64,000 nucleotides of DNA. Source: an uncultured delta proteobacterium. GTDB taxonomy: Bacteria > Desulfobacterota > Binatia > UBA9968. The notes beneath the pieces were generated by a model. That model saw nothing but the letters and a program-made list of their open reading frames with translations. It was not told where the DNA came from and made no database searches. Both the position numbers and the translations under genes were made by a program. Shown here in pieces: positions 29,560 through 39,118 of this stretch (its first letter is position 1; the number at the start of each line of letters is the position of its first letter). Where the stretch lies: positions 352,001 through 416,000 of the forward strand of contig CAWFJP010000001.1 in NCBI GenBank assembly GCA_963816145.1. Direction: 5' to 3'.

Positions 29560-30739
29560 TTAAACATCAATTACGAGCAGCTTCAGCTCGCGCTTGCCCA
29601 AACGGCGCGCGCCATTTTCCGTCACCGTTACGGTGTCGCCGATGCTGGCGCGGCCCTTGCCCTGCGTCGGGCGAACCTGTGGTTTGAGAATAAAGGTCAT
29701 GCCGGCTTGCAGCTCGATCTTGGCAAACCGTTCGATATCCTTATCACCCATCAGCGCCGGTCCGTCGTCGCCCAACCCGCGCGCGTGCATCATCGGATGG
29801 TTCCAAGAATATGGCCCAGCACCTTCCACCGTACGCGTGTAGATGTCGAACAAAGTGCCAAAAGTCACCCCTGGTTTCATGGCAGCGAGGACCGCGTCGA
29901 AGCAGGCACGCGAGATTTCAACCATCGTCTGAAACGACGGGATCGGTTTACCGACCACGGCGGGGCAGACCGCCTGAGCCGCATAACCACCATACTTGGC
30001 TTCGATCTCGTCGATGATCTGATCGCCGGCTTGAATAACGTAATCGGTGGGAACAAATGAGCTATTGAACAGCCCCGGCCCCGCGCTCAAGAAAAACAGC
30101 GTCGGCAACTCGCCGCCGTTGGAGAGCATGGTGTGAAGCATCGAGGCATAAACTTCCTTTTCGCTCACGCCGGGCTTTGCGGTCTGCCGCAATGTTTCGA
30201 TGGCTTTCTCGATGATCGCCGCCGAGCGTTCGAGCATGGCCACTTCTTCGGCACTTTTCACCGCACGAACGTCCTGCATCATATCAGTGGCGTTGACTAA
30301 TACGGCGTGCGGCATGGCTTCTTGAATCGCCTTGACGGAGGAATAAGGAATGATTCCTTCCGGCGCGCGCACGAGACCTGCGAGACCCGAAATACCGATA
30401 GTGCCTTTCTCCAATTTCAATTCTTTGAGGCGCTCGATGGCGTTTTGGCTCCAGCGGTTGCGTCCGTCGCGCACATCCGCCACCCAGTTCTGCGCCTTCT
30501 GCCACCAGCCGGCACGATTGAAAACATACGACGTAACTTCCCCTTGCGCAGGGAAACACCGTGAACATCTCGGTGGCGAAACCGCCGATATTGGTCAGAT
30601 AGCGCGAGTCGCCCTGCAACTGCTCCCAGCGGCCGGTGTTCGCCGGCAACAGCAGCACATCGATGCCGCGCTTGGCCATCTCCGCGCGAACTAGTTGATA
30701 ACGCCGATCGCGCTCTTGGATCGATAACTGTGGAATCAT
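29560..30739 (-). CDS. M24 (creatinase/aminopeptidase-P fold) protein, paralog of 28207; frameshift near 30550
   Basis: MIPQLSIQERDRRY..RYLTNIGG joins, by removing one base, to RAVKSAEEV and GDTVTVTENG. Confidence 0.85.
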
Positions 30740-30833
30740 CTTGTCCTCGCTTTGCTCGGAATTAGAAATTGCCATTCCAAATTCCATATTCCAAAAATTT
30801 GGGAATCTGAAGTTCTGCTCGCACACCTCTCGC

Positions 30834-31823
30834 CTACTTAATCACCTTCGTCGCCCGCGTGAGCAGGATCGGCGGAATTGTTAGACCCAGAGTTTTAGCC
30901 GTCTTGAGATTGATCACCAGTTCGAACTTCGTCGGCTGTTCGACCGGAATGTCGGCTGGCTTGGCGCCCTTAAGGATTTTGTCCACCATCACCGCGGCGC
31001 GCTGATACGGTTCAACATCGTCGGGACCATACGACATCAACCCGCCATTAACGATCACACGTGATTGCGCGTAAATCGCCGGCAGTCGATTTTTTGCCGC
31101 CAGGTTAATGATTTGTTTTTGCACAGACGCGAGCAATGCGCCTGACGTCCCGGCAAGAGCCCCACTACCCGCCTTAATTGCATTTGTGAAGCCGCCGTCC
31201 AGTTCAGCCGCGCTGTTTATTTTCAAGGAATGTAGTTGCAAGCCCAGCTCTTTTGCCTGCCGTTGGCTTTCTTCCCATATCTGCGTCGAGCCTTCGTTCT
31301 GTGGATCCCACAGCACTGCGACCCGAGAGAGTTTGGGAACGGTTTCTTTCAGTAGCTCCAGTCGCTTGCCGGCCAACGCAAACGCAATCTGGGCAAACCC
31401 GGTGACGTTGCCTCCAGGCCGCGCCAGACTGTCAACCAAGCCAAGCGTAACAGGGTCGGAGCCCCCTCCTGTAAATACAATCGGAATCGTCTTGGTAGCA
31501 TTTTGGGCGGCTCGGGTGTCATTAGCCCCGGGCGTAACGATGACGTCAACCTTTAGCCGGACCAAATCATTGGCAAGGCCGGGCAATCGATCGTATTTCG
31601 TATCGGCACCGCGAGACTCGAAAGCTACATTCTTACCTTCGACGTAACCGAGTTTGCCGAACTCTCGAACGAACGACTCACGCCAATTCGATGAGCTGCC
31701 TGCACCGGAACCGGAGCTAAGAAAGCCGATCTTCGCCATCTTCGCCGGCTGCTGCGCTGAGACGGGGTAAATAATTGTCGGCAGGAAAATCGTCAGCAGC
31801 AAGACCAGGATTTCTTTTTTCAT
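30834..31823 (-). CDS. ABC transporter substrate-binding protein (ABC_sub_bind/TrpX type)
   Basis: LGYVEGKN, DPVTLGLVDSLARPGGNVTG and KPADIPVEQPTKFELVINLKTAK motifs. Confidence 0.92.
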   Translation of the reverse strand: MKKEILVLLLTIFLPTIIYPVSAQQPAKMAKIGFLSSGSGAGSSSNWRESFVREFGKLGYVEGKNVAFESRGADTKYDRLPGLANDLVRLKVDVIVTPGANDTRAAQNATKTIPIVFTGGGSDPVTLGLVDSLARPGGNVTGFAQIAFALAGKRLELLKETVPKLSRVAVLWDPQNEGSTQIWEESQRQAKELGLQLHSLKINSAAELDGGFTNAIKAGSGALAGTSGALLASVQKQIINLAAKNRLPAIYAQSRVIVNGGLMSYGPDDVEPYQRAAVMVDKILKGAKPADIPVEQPTKFELVINLKTAKTLGLTIPPILLTRATKVIK

Positions 31824-31872
31824 CGGACTTTCTTTCCTGCTAATGCCTACTGCCTATTGCCTATTGCCTTCT

Positions 31873-33012
31873 TCATTTCCCCGACCGCTGCCGCGCGGCA
31901 TTAATCAAATCGCCCACCGGTTTCCACTCCATCCAATCGGCGCGGATAATTTCGATGTAGTTGACATCTTTCTTGCGCCGCGCCGCTTCGGGGACGTACT
32001 CCAGCGGCAGGTCTTCGCGCATGGAGGTGGTAATTTCGTCCTCGATGGTATTGTTCGCCTGGCGAAAAGCGATCTGTCCCTCGCGCGACAGATACCAGTT
32101 GATGAACACCCGAGCCGCATTGGCATGGGGCGCGTTGTTCATCAGCGCGATGGCGCCGTTGTTGGAGCCGATCCCCGGAGCTTCTTTGAAGTGATAGACG
32201 CTGGCTTCCTCCACCGGCAAACCCTGTTCTTGGGCCCGGCGCAGGCGGCAGAGGAAGCAAATCGGCGCCTTCCCTGCCGCCAGCCAGTCGGTGCCCTGGC
32301 GAAAATCGCTGAAATAAGTCACATCCATGTCGGCGTAAAAGCGTTCGAGAAACTTCGGCCCAATCTGCGGATGGTGATACATAAACAGCAACGCCGTCGA
32401 CACGTAATTGGCCCGCGGCCACAAGCCGATCATCTTGCCTTTCCATTTGGCATCGAGCAGATCCCAGACCGACTTGATCGTATCGATGTTAACGAGTTTG
32501 GTGTTGAAATAAATCGGCGGACCATACTTGGTGCTCTGATAAACGAACACATACTGCCCTTCAGGATCGACATAGCGGTGTTTACCTTTCCACCATTTCG
32601 ACAAATCGGTCACCTCGGGCAGGATTAACGCCGGCGCCAGCGGATCGAGAGTCTTGCCACGATATAAACTATTGTAAGTCGCGCCCGGCGCGCCAAGCAC
32701 GACATCCGGGTAATATTGGCTCGCCCGCCGTTCGGCCATGATTTTGGTGACGATTTCACTGGTCGTGCTGATCGGCACTGCGGTCAGCTTGATCTTGGGA
32801 AACTTCTTCTTGAAGGCGTCCCAAATCACCGTAAGCTCGCCGACAGAGTTGGTCGCATAGACGCTGACCTCACCCTCCTTCTCCGCCGCCCGCACCACAT
32901 CCTCCCAGCGCGCCTGCGCCGCTAGCGCCAAGGTGATGTCAACGCACGTAAGTAACACAGCGATAAGAGCCACGACTCGACCGCCCGAATTGCCTATCAT
33001 AGCCTTACTCAT
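31873..33012 (-). CDS. Extracellular solute-binding protein (AfuA/FbpA-type)
   Basis: AAEKEGEV, DLLDAKWKGK and APHANAARVFINWYLSREGQ motifs. Confidence 0.88.
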   Translation of the reverse strand: MSKAMIGNSGGRVVALIAVLLTCVDITLALAAQARWEDVVRAAEKEGEVSVYATNSVGELTVIWDAFKKKFPKIKLTAVPISTTSEIVTKIMAERRASQYYPDVVLGAPGATYNSLYRGKTLDPLAPALILPEVTDLSKWWKGKHRYVDPEGQYVFVYQSTKYGPPIYFNTKLVNIDTIKSVWDLLDAKWKGKMIGLWPRANYVSTALLFMYHHPQIGPKFLERFYADMDVTYFSDFRQGTDWLAAGKAPICFLCRLRRAQEQGLPVEEASVYHFKEAPGIGSNNGAIALMNNAPHANAARVFINWYLSREGQIAFRQANNTIEDEITTSMREDLPLEYVPEAARRKKDVNYIEIIRADWMEWKPVGDLINAARQRSGK

Positions 33013-33032
33013 GCCTCTCCTCGCCTCACGCC

Positions 33033-33974
33033 TTACTCGATGCTAATTTCCTGCCCCAAGCCGCGCCGCTTCGCTTCCTCGTAGGCATAAGCCGCCAAGG
33101 TTAAGTCGCCATAGCCGCCCTGGGAGTCGCGAAAGACGATCAAATTGCGTGACAGGTCCGGCACCGCTACTTTACCGGTCACGACGTCGCAATATTCCGC
33201 GACGCCATCCCACGAGAGTTTGCTCTGCCGCGACAGGCGAACCAGCGGCTGATCAAGCTTGGTGTCGTAATAATTGAGTTCATGAGCCTTGCTCGTCACG
33301 CAGATCAGATTCGCATTGAGATAAACGTCGTCGTCGAATTCATTGGGCCGGCCGATGCCGAAAATCGCCAGCCCTGGGCGGAGCCATTGTCCGAGGACCG
33401 CCGCCGCCGGTGAGTTGGTGCTCGCGGTGACAAAATCGGCCTGCTCGATCGCTTGCGCGGCGGACTCCACAGCAACCACGTCAACCCGCAAACGCTCGCG
33501 CGCCTGGAGGGCAAATTTCTCGCGATTCTCGGCGCTGCGGCTATAGACCAAAACACGCTCGATGGGACGAAGTGCGCAGGCCGGCTCGAGCGCCGCGAAG
33601 GCCAAGCGGCCGCTGCCGATCATCGCCACGGTTTTGGCCTTGGCATCGGTAAACCGCTCGATCGCCAGTCCCACCGTCGCGCTAATGCGCAAATTGCTGA
33701 ACGGATATCCCATCAACGCGAGCAGTTTGCCGCTGCTGATCTCAAACAAGAGCGCCAATGCTTCCCCGCCTGTCACGCTGACGCGCAAGCCGTTTTTGTT
33801 CTGCGCTTCCAGCCCGCCCACCACCATGCGCATGCCGCGGTTCATAAACCGCAGCGGCGCCACTTGTTTCACCCGACCGGCCGCTTGTTCGCGAAACGTC
33901 TGCTCCAGCACCGTCATCGCCTGGCGCAAATCAAGCAACCCCGCCACTTCCGACTGGCGTAGAATCAAAGTCAT
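33033..33974 (-). CDS. Ornithine cyclodeaminase/mu-crystallin family protein, paralog of 27065
   Basis: LRISA, IGSGRLA, STNS and FRDSQGGYGD motifs. Confidence 0.88.
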   Translation of the reverse strand: MTLILRQSEVAGLLDLRQAMTVLEQTFREQAAGRVKQVAPLRFMNRGMRMVVGGLEAQNKNGLRVSVTGGEALALLFEISSGKLLALMGYPFSNLRISATVGLAIERFTDAKAKTVAMIGSGRLAFAALEPACALRPIERVLVYSRSAENREKFALQARERLRVDVVAVESAAQAIEQADFVTASTNSPAAAVLGQWLRPGLAIFGIGRPNEFDDDVYLNANLICVTSKAHELNYYDTKLDQPLVRLSRQSKLSWDGVAEYCDVVTGKVAVPDLSRNLIVFRDSQGGYGDLTLAAYAYEEAKRRGLGQEISIE

Positions 33975-34052
33975 GGATTATTCACAGCGGGCAGCCACAA
34001 AACCTCCGAGCTCACGCCTCGTGCCTCAAGCCTCACGCCTCACGCCTTTCCC

Positions 34053-35081
34053 TTACTGCGCCAATATCTTCTTGATCCGCTCGACAACCTCGGGGGGCTG
34101 ATCAATAACATCTTTGGCGATTTTAGCGAGGTGCTCGCCGCTGACCGGTGTGATATCGAGCTTTTTTTGCTTCGCCTCTTCAAGCAGCGCCGGGTCGGCC
34201 ATCGCTTTCATGAAACCGTCACGCAACAGCTTAGTTCGGTCCGGCGGCGTCGCCGGATGGGTCACCATGGGACGGCCCAGTTCGCCTGAACCGAGCATGA
34301 CCACTGCCACGCGCCGGCTCAATTCCGGGGTTTTATATTCGTTCATCAGGTCGCTGAGCAGCGGCGTATCCGGCAACTGCGGATCTTTCTTCTCGCCGGT
34401 TTGCAGGAGTATCCGCACCAAATTGGTCTTCCGCCAGGTGTGATAGGGCTCGCGGGAAAAATAAGCCTGGGTGGTAAATGACCGGCAGACGACTTCGTTG
34501 CGCTCCGTGGCGATGTCGATTTCATTGCCGCCGGCATAACCGGTGACGATGGTGAACTTGGTGCCGAGCAGCTCTTCGAGCAAGCGCGGGATGTAGTGAC
34601 CGCTGGTGCCGGTGCCGGTGGCGCCGCACTTGGGCGGTTCTTTGGCGTTGCGAATGTCTTGCATGCTCTTATACGGGGCGTCGGAGCGCATGTAGAGCAG
34701 ATGCTCCGACTTGTCCGGACTGGCCAGCCACGTGAACTTCGTCCAGTCGAATTTAATTTCTTTATTTCCCTGGAGCTGATTGAAATAGTGCGCCGGATTG
34801 ATCGACGCGATGGTCAAGCCATCAGGCTTGGCAACGGCGTAAACGTAGTTGGCCGCGACAATGCCGCCCGCCGCCGGCATGTTTTGCATGATCACGGTAG
34901 GATTCCCCGGGATATGCTTGCCGATATGGTTCGCCAACAGGCGCGAATAAATATCGTACGCCGTCCCCGCCCCTGAGCCGACGATAAAGGTAATGGTCTT
35001 CCCCTGATAGTAGGGGGTTTGAGCGCGCAGCTGCGCGCCTTGAACTAACATCAGTGCAACCAACAACAACACTCGTTTCAT
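34053..35081 (-). CDS. Bug/TctC-family substrate-binding protein
   Basis: QNMPAAGG, KPDGLT and GYAGG motifs; close paralog of 19639. Confidence 0.9.
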   Translation of the reverse strand: MKRVLLLVALMLVQGAQLRAQTPYYQGKTITFIVGSGAGTAYDIYSRLLANHIGKHIPGNPTVIMQNMPAAGGIVAANYVYAVAKPDGLTIASINPAHYFNQLQGNKEIKFDWTKFTWLASPDKSEHLLYMRSDAPYKSMQDIRNAKEPPKCGATGTGTSGHYIPRLLEELLGTKFTIVTGYAGGNEIDIATERNEVVCRSFTTQAYFSREPYHTWRKTNLVRILLQTGEKKDPQLPDTPLLSDLMNEYKTPELSRRVAVVMLGSGELGRPMVTHPATPPDRTKLLRDGFMKAMADPALLEEAKQKKLDITPVSGEHLAKIAKDVIDQPPEVVERIKKILAQ

Positions 35082-35177
35082 CTCGTCTTCCTTTCGGCAG
35101 TGTTATTACCAGAAATACCCATCGATAATGTGCCGATAAACTCGTTACCATCAATTACGACAAATTGCCAAGCTAGC

Positions 35178-35197
35178 TGTCCGATGCGAAACGGACA
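35178..35197. promoter_or_regulatory. Candidate upstream activator site for a sigma54 enhancer-binding protein
   Basis: TGTCCG-N8-CGGACA palindrome about 115 bp upstream of a -24/-12 box. Confidence 0.4.
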
Positions 35198-35311
35198 TTC
35201 TTGTCTGCGGCAATCGGCCGTCAGTTCCAATTGAGTCCCGACCGTCAGACGAGCCGAACCCGTTGCATGCAAACGGTGCGTTCTTGCGAACTCTAGCTCC
35301 TGACACGATGG

Positions 35312-35326
35312 CGGCATGGAGCTTGC
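35312..35326 (+). promoter_or_regulatory. Sigma54 -24/-12 promoter
   Basis: CGGCATGGAGCTTGC (GG-N10-GC) upstream of the peptidase gene. Confidence 0.6.
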
Positions 35327-35455
35327 CTCACAACGCCCCAAACAATTGGTTGAGACTAGCCTTCGCGTCAGTGTCCGCAAGCGCTGGTCACTGAACGTAA
35401 ACGTTCGTCGCGCCGAGATTTTTAGCGACATTGGGTGAAAGAAAGGGAACAACGC

Positions 35456-37702
35456 ATGCAGGAAAGAAATATTTTCGCACGACGGCTAAGTCACCGACTA
35501 CGATCGGGATGGATGGCAGTTGGCCTCGCCTTGGCCGCTGCCGTTGCGATCGTCAGCGCAACTTCGGCAACAGCGCAGGCGGCACAGGCAACGTTACAAA
35601 CGCTCACGGGAAACGTCATCGAGCTCATCGGTCAGCATGGTAAAGCCGCCGATCATCTGAAACCCGCCATTCTGGCGCGCTTGCAGAATATGGCGACCCA
35701 ACGCCATCAACAACTCGCAACGGCGATCGAAAGCGATCCCGGCGCCGTGCTTCAAGTCGCGCTACCGGGCGCGCTGAGACAGCGCGCTCCCGCGAGCGTG
35801 CGCAACTTCATCGAAGAACAGGTCGACATGGACGGCGAGCTGGAAGTCTTGCACGAAGACCGCGATCAAGGCAGCCGCTTCGTTTACAAGCTCAAAGCCT
35901 TCGGCCTCGACTACTCGCTCAACTTTCGGAAAAATCCGCCGACCCAAATGACAAGTGGAACCCGCGTCAGAGTACACGGCGTCCGCGTGAATACTGCGCT
36001 CGCGCTCGATTCCGGCGCTAGCGTCCAAGCCGCCGCGGCGCCGATCGCGCCGAACACTTTCGGCCAACAAAATACCATCGTCATTCTGGTCAATTTTCGA
36101 AATAATACCACGCAGCCCTACGACACCACTGCCGCCGGCGCTGTATTCAACACCACCAGCAATTTCTTCTTGGAGAATTCCTACCAGCAGGCTTATTTGA
36201 ACACGACCATTCGCGGTTGGTACACCCTCGACATGGACGCACCCTACTACGTCACCAACGCCGATGGCACCAAGACCTACTACTGCGATTACTCCTCGAT
36301 CGCCAGCAAAGCCGATGCCGCAGCCACAGGGGCGGGCGTGACGTTGTCCAACTACACACGTAAAGTTTATGCCTTCCCGCAAGTAAGCGGCTGCACCTGG
36401 TGGGGTTTGGGCAGCGTCGGCGGCAATCCGTCACGCGCCTGGATCAACGGCAGCTTGCAGCTGCGAGTCGCGGCCCATGAGATGGGCCATAACTTAGGCC
36501 TATGGCACTCGCATTCCCTCGACTGCGGCGCCGCGGTGATCGGCGGCACCTGTACTTCCAGCGACTACGGCGATGTGCTCGACGTCATGGGCTCGTCTTC
36601 CTACCACTTCAATGCTTTTCAAAAAGAACGGTTGGGTTGGTTGAATTACGGCGCCTCGCCGCCGATCACCAGCGCAAGCAGCAACGGCAGCTACTCGATC
36701 TATCCGCTTGAAACTCTCGGCAATAATCCCAAGGCCGTGAAGATTCTGAAATCGATCAATACCAGCACCGGCAAAAGCGCCTACTATTATGCCGAATGCC
36801 GCCAGCCGATCGGTTTCGACGCCGGTCTGTCGAGTAACGCCAACGTCCTCAACGGCCTGGTCATTCACACCGGTGACGAAGCCAGCGGCAACAGCAGCTA
36901 CCTGCTCGACATGACGCCGGCGACTGCGTCATGGAACGATGCCGCGCTGGTTACAGGTCTGAGTTTCACCGACTCGGCATCGGGTGTGACGCTGACCAGT
37001 GAAGTACCTTGTTCGAACACTTTGAACGGCAACATCGGCGTTACGATCGGACCGATCGCCTGCGTGCGCGCCAATCCAGACTTGACGATCTCGCCCACCG
37101 CCAATCAATCGATCTCCGCAGGCGGTTCGGCAACCTACGCGTTGTCGCTTAAAAACAACGACAATAGCGGCTGCGCTACGGGGAATTTCAATCTCACCGC
37201 CGCACCGCCAAGCGGATGGAGCGCCAAGCTAGGCAGCGCGGCCCTCGCCATCGCGCCAGGCGGCACGGCGAGTACGAGTTTGACCGTCACCGCGCCGAGC
37301 GGCGCCGCCGACGGCATCTACCAGACTTCGGCAACCGCAAGCAACGCAGCAGCGCCGAATTACACGGATACGGCCACTGGTGGAGCGGTCGTTTACACGG
37401 TCAGTTCGGTCTCGGTGACGGTCGCCACCGACAAGACGACTTATTCACGCAATCAGAACGTCACAATTAGCACAACGGTAAACGTCAACGGCAGCCCCGC
37501 CGCGAACATGCCGGTCAACCTGAGCATCACCAAGCCGACCGGCGCGACAAGCAACGTCAGCGTCACCACCGCGGCCAACGGTGTAGCGAGCTACAAATTC
37601 CGTCTTAACCGCAAAGACCCCGCGGGCACTTGGCAGGCCCAAGGCTCTAGCTCCACCGGCGGTGTCAGCGGCAGCGGCAGTAAATCGTTCATCGTGCAGT
37701 AG
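35456..37702 (+). CDS. Secreted zinc metallopeptidase (M11/gametolysin- or M6-like) with C-terminal Ig-like (NEW3-like) domains
   Basis: Signal peptide; HEMGHNLGLWH metzincin motif; YGD..DVMG Met-turn; S/T-rich beta-sandwich tail. Confidence 0.85.
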   Translation: MQERNIFARRLSHRLRSGWMAVGLALAAAVAIVSATSATAQAAQATLQTLTGNVIELIGQHGKAADHLKPAILARLQNMATQRHQQLATAIESDPGAVLQVALPGALRQRAPASVRNFIEEQVDMDGELEVLHEDRDQGSRFVYKLKAFGLDYSLNFRKNPPTQMTSGTRVRVHGVRVNTALALDSGASVQAAAAPIAPNTFGQQNTIVILVNFRNNTTQPYDTTAAGAVFNTTSNFFLENSYQQAYLNTTIRGWYTLDMDAPYYVTNADGTKTYYCDYSSIASKADAAATGAGVTLSNYTRKVYAFPQVSGCTWWGLGSVGGNPSRAWINGSLQLRVAAHEMGHNLGLWHSHSLDCGAAVIGGTCTSSDYGDVLDVMGSSSYHFNAFQKERLGWLNYGASPPITSASSNGSYSIYPLETLGNNPKAVKILKSINTSTGKSAYYYAECRQPIGFDAGLSSNANVLNGLVIHTGDEASGNSSYLLDMTPATASWNDAALVTGLSFTDSASGVTLTSEVPCSNTLNGNIGVTIGPIACVRANPDLTISPTANQSISAGGSATYALSLKNNDNSGCATGNFNLTAAPPSGWSAKLGSAALAIAPGGTASTSLTVTAPSGAADGIYQTSATASNAAAPNYTDTATGGAVVYTVSSVSVTVATDKTTYSRNQNVTISTTVNVNGSPAANMPVNLSITKPTGATSNVSVTTAANGVASYKFRLNRKDPAGTWQAQGSSSTGGVSGSGSKSFIVQ

Positions 37703-37738
37703 TCGCCTCTTCAAGGCAGCGGCGCTAACGAAAACAAG

Positions 37739-38761
37739 TTAGCGCCGCTGCTCCAGCTCCTCTTCGATGACCCGCACGAACTGCTCCAGCGGTTGAGCGC
37801 CGCCGATCAACCGGCCGTTGACAAAAAACGCCGGCGTTCCGGTCACACCGGCCTTGGTTCCCTCATCGATATCGGTTTCGATCGCCGCGGTAAATTTGCC
37901 GCTCGCCAAACAGGTCTCGAACCGCCCCAACTCCACCCCAGCCCGCTGGGCGAAACTCTTGAGATGCTCCGGCGACGCTTTCGGCGCAGCGGCGTAGAGC
38001 GCGTCGTGATAGGCCCAAAATTTTCCTTGTTCATGGGCGCAGCGCGCCGCCACATGGGCGAGGCGCGCCTGCGGATGGAGCGCTTCGATCGGATAGTCCT
38101 TGTGCACGATGCGCACGCGCTCGCCGTAACGCGCGGCGATCTCGCCAAGCGTGCCCTGCGCCTCTTTGCAAAACGGGCAGTGAAAATCTTCGAACTTGAC
38201 GAGAATAACCGGCGCATTGTCGGCGCCTTTCGATGGCGCACCGTCGAGATTTAAAGTCACGCGATACACCGGCGGCGCTTTCAAATGAATGGCGACGCTC
38301 GACTGGCCGCGCAACCGGGCGACCAGTGCATCGCGCCGCCCTTGCGCCGCTTGATCCTTGAGGTGGGCGCGAATACGCTCGCGCAGATTCGCATCCAACG
38401 CGGGCAAGCGCGCCTTGTTGGCATCGTAGAACCACTCAATCTCACTATCGGCAATCGGCGCCGCTTGCGAATCGACTTCACGGTCGAGCAGCTCGGCAAC
38501 GCTGATTCCTCGCTGCCCAGCTTCCTGCGCCAACAACTGTTCGGCGATCAGCGCATCCAGCCGTTGCCGGCGCAGTTGAAAAATCTGCTCCTCCAACGCC
38601 GCCACGCTAGCGCCGAGAGTCCGGTCCACTTCGTTGAGCATGATGTCTTTGCCATCCACGGTGGCCGCAGGCATCGACTGTTGCGCTGCCGTGGAACAAC
38701 TCATGACCAGCGACAACCAGAAAGCCATGATCGCTAACGGTCGACGTTTGTCTTTCTGCAC
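37739..38761 (-). CDS. DsbA/DsbG-like thioredoxin protein with an N-terminal SurA-like helical domain
   Basis: FEDFHCPFC and GVTGTPAFFVNG motifs; N-terminal export signal. Confidence 0.88.
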   Translation of the reverse strand: MQKDKRRPLAIMAFWLSLVMSCSTAAQQSMPAATVDGKDIMLNEVDRTLGASVAALEEQIFQLRRQRLDALIAEQLLAQEAGQRGISVAELLDREVDSQAAPIADSEIEWFYDANKARLPALDANLRERIRAHLKDQAAQGRRDALVARLRGQSSVAIHLKAPPVYRVTLNLDGAPSKGADNAPVILVKFEDFHCPFCKEAQGTLGEIAARYGERVRIVHKDYPIEALHPQARLAHVAARCAHEQGKFWAYHDALYAAAPKASPEHLKSFAQRAGVELGRFETCLASGKFTAAIETDIDEGTKAGVTGTPAFFVNGRLIGGAQPLEQFVRVIEEELEQRR

Positions 38762-39061
38762 TAAATTTCTCCTCGCAGGACTACCGGGGCTCCATGCCTA
38801 GGCGCCTGAGTATCCTGCTACGTTATACCGATTCTGCACGCGCAACAAATTCGCTCGATATCGCCAGACGCCTTCGAAAACTGTTCATCCTGATACCAGG
38901 CGGGCGGGTTCAGGCGGCGAAAATCAGCGGACAAACGATAACAATCCTGGTTAAATATAAGCTGCCAAGGGGACAAGGACTTCTCACGACGGATTTGTTG
39001 TCATGATCTTGACGCGCTTGTCGCGACTTTCACCGCATCGTGCAAGCCGTCCGTTCATGGT

Positions 39062-39077
39062 CGGTATGCAACTTGCT
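39062..39077 (+). promoter_or_regulatory. Sigma54 -24/-12 promoter
   Basis: CGGTATGCAACTTGCT (GG-N10-GC) about 40 bp before the start codon. Confidence 0.55.
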
Positions 39078-39118
39078 CGGAGTTTATCCAATCTAGTTAT
39101 TTCAGTGGGGATTTCTTG

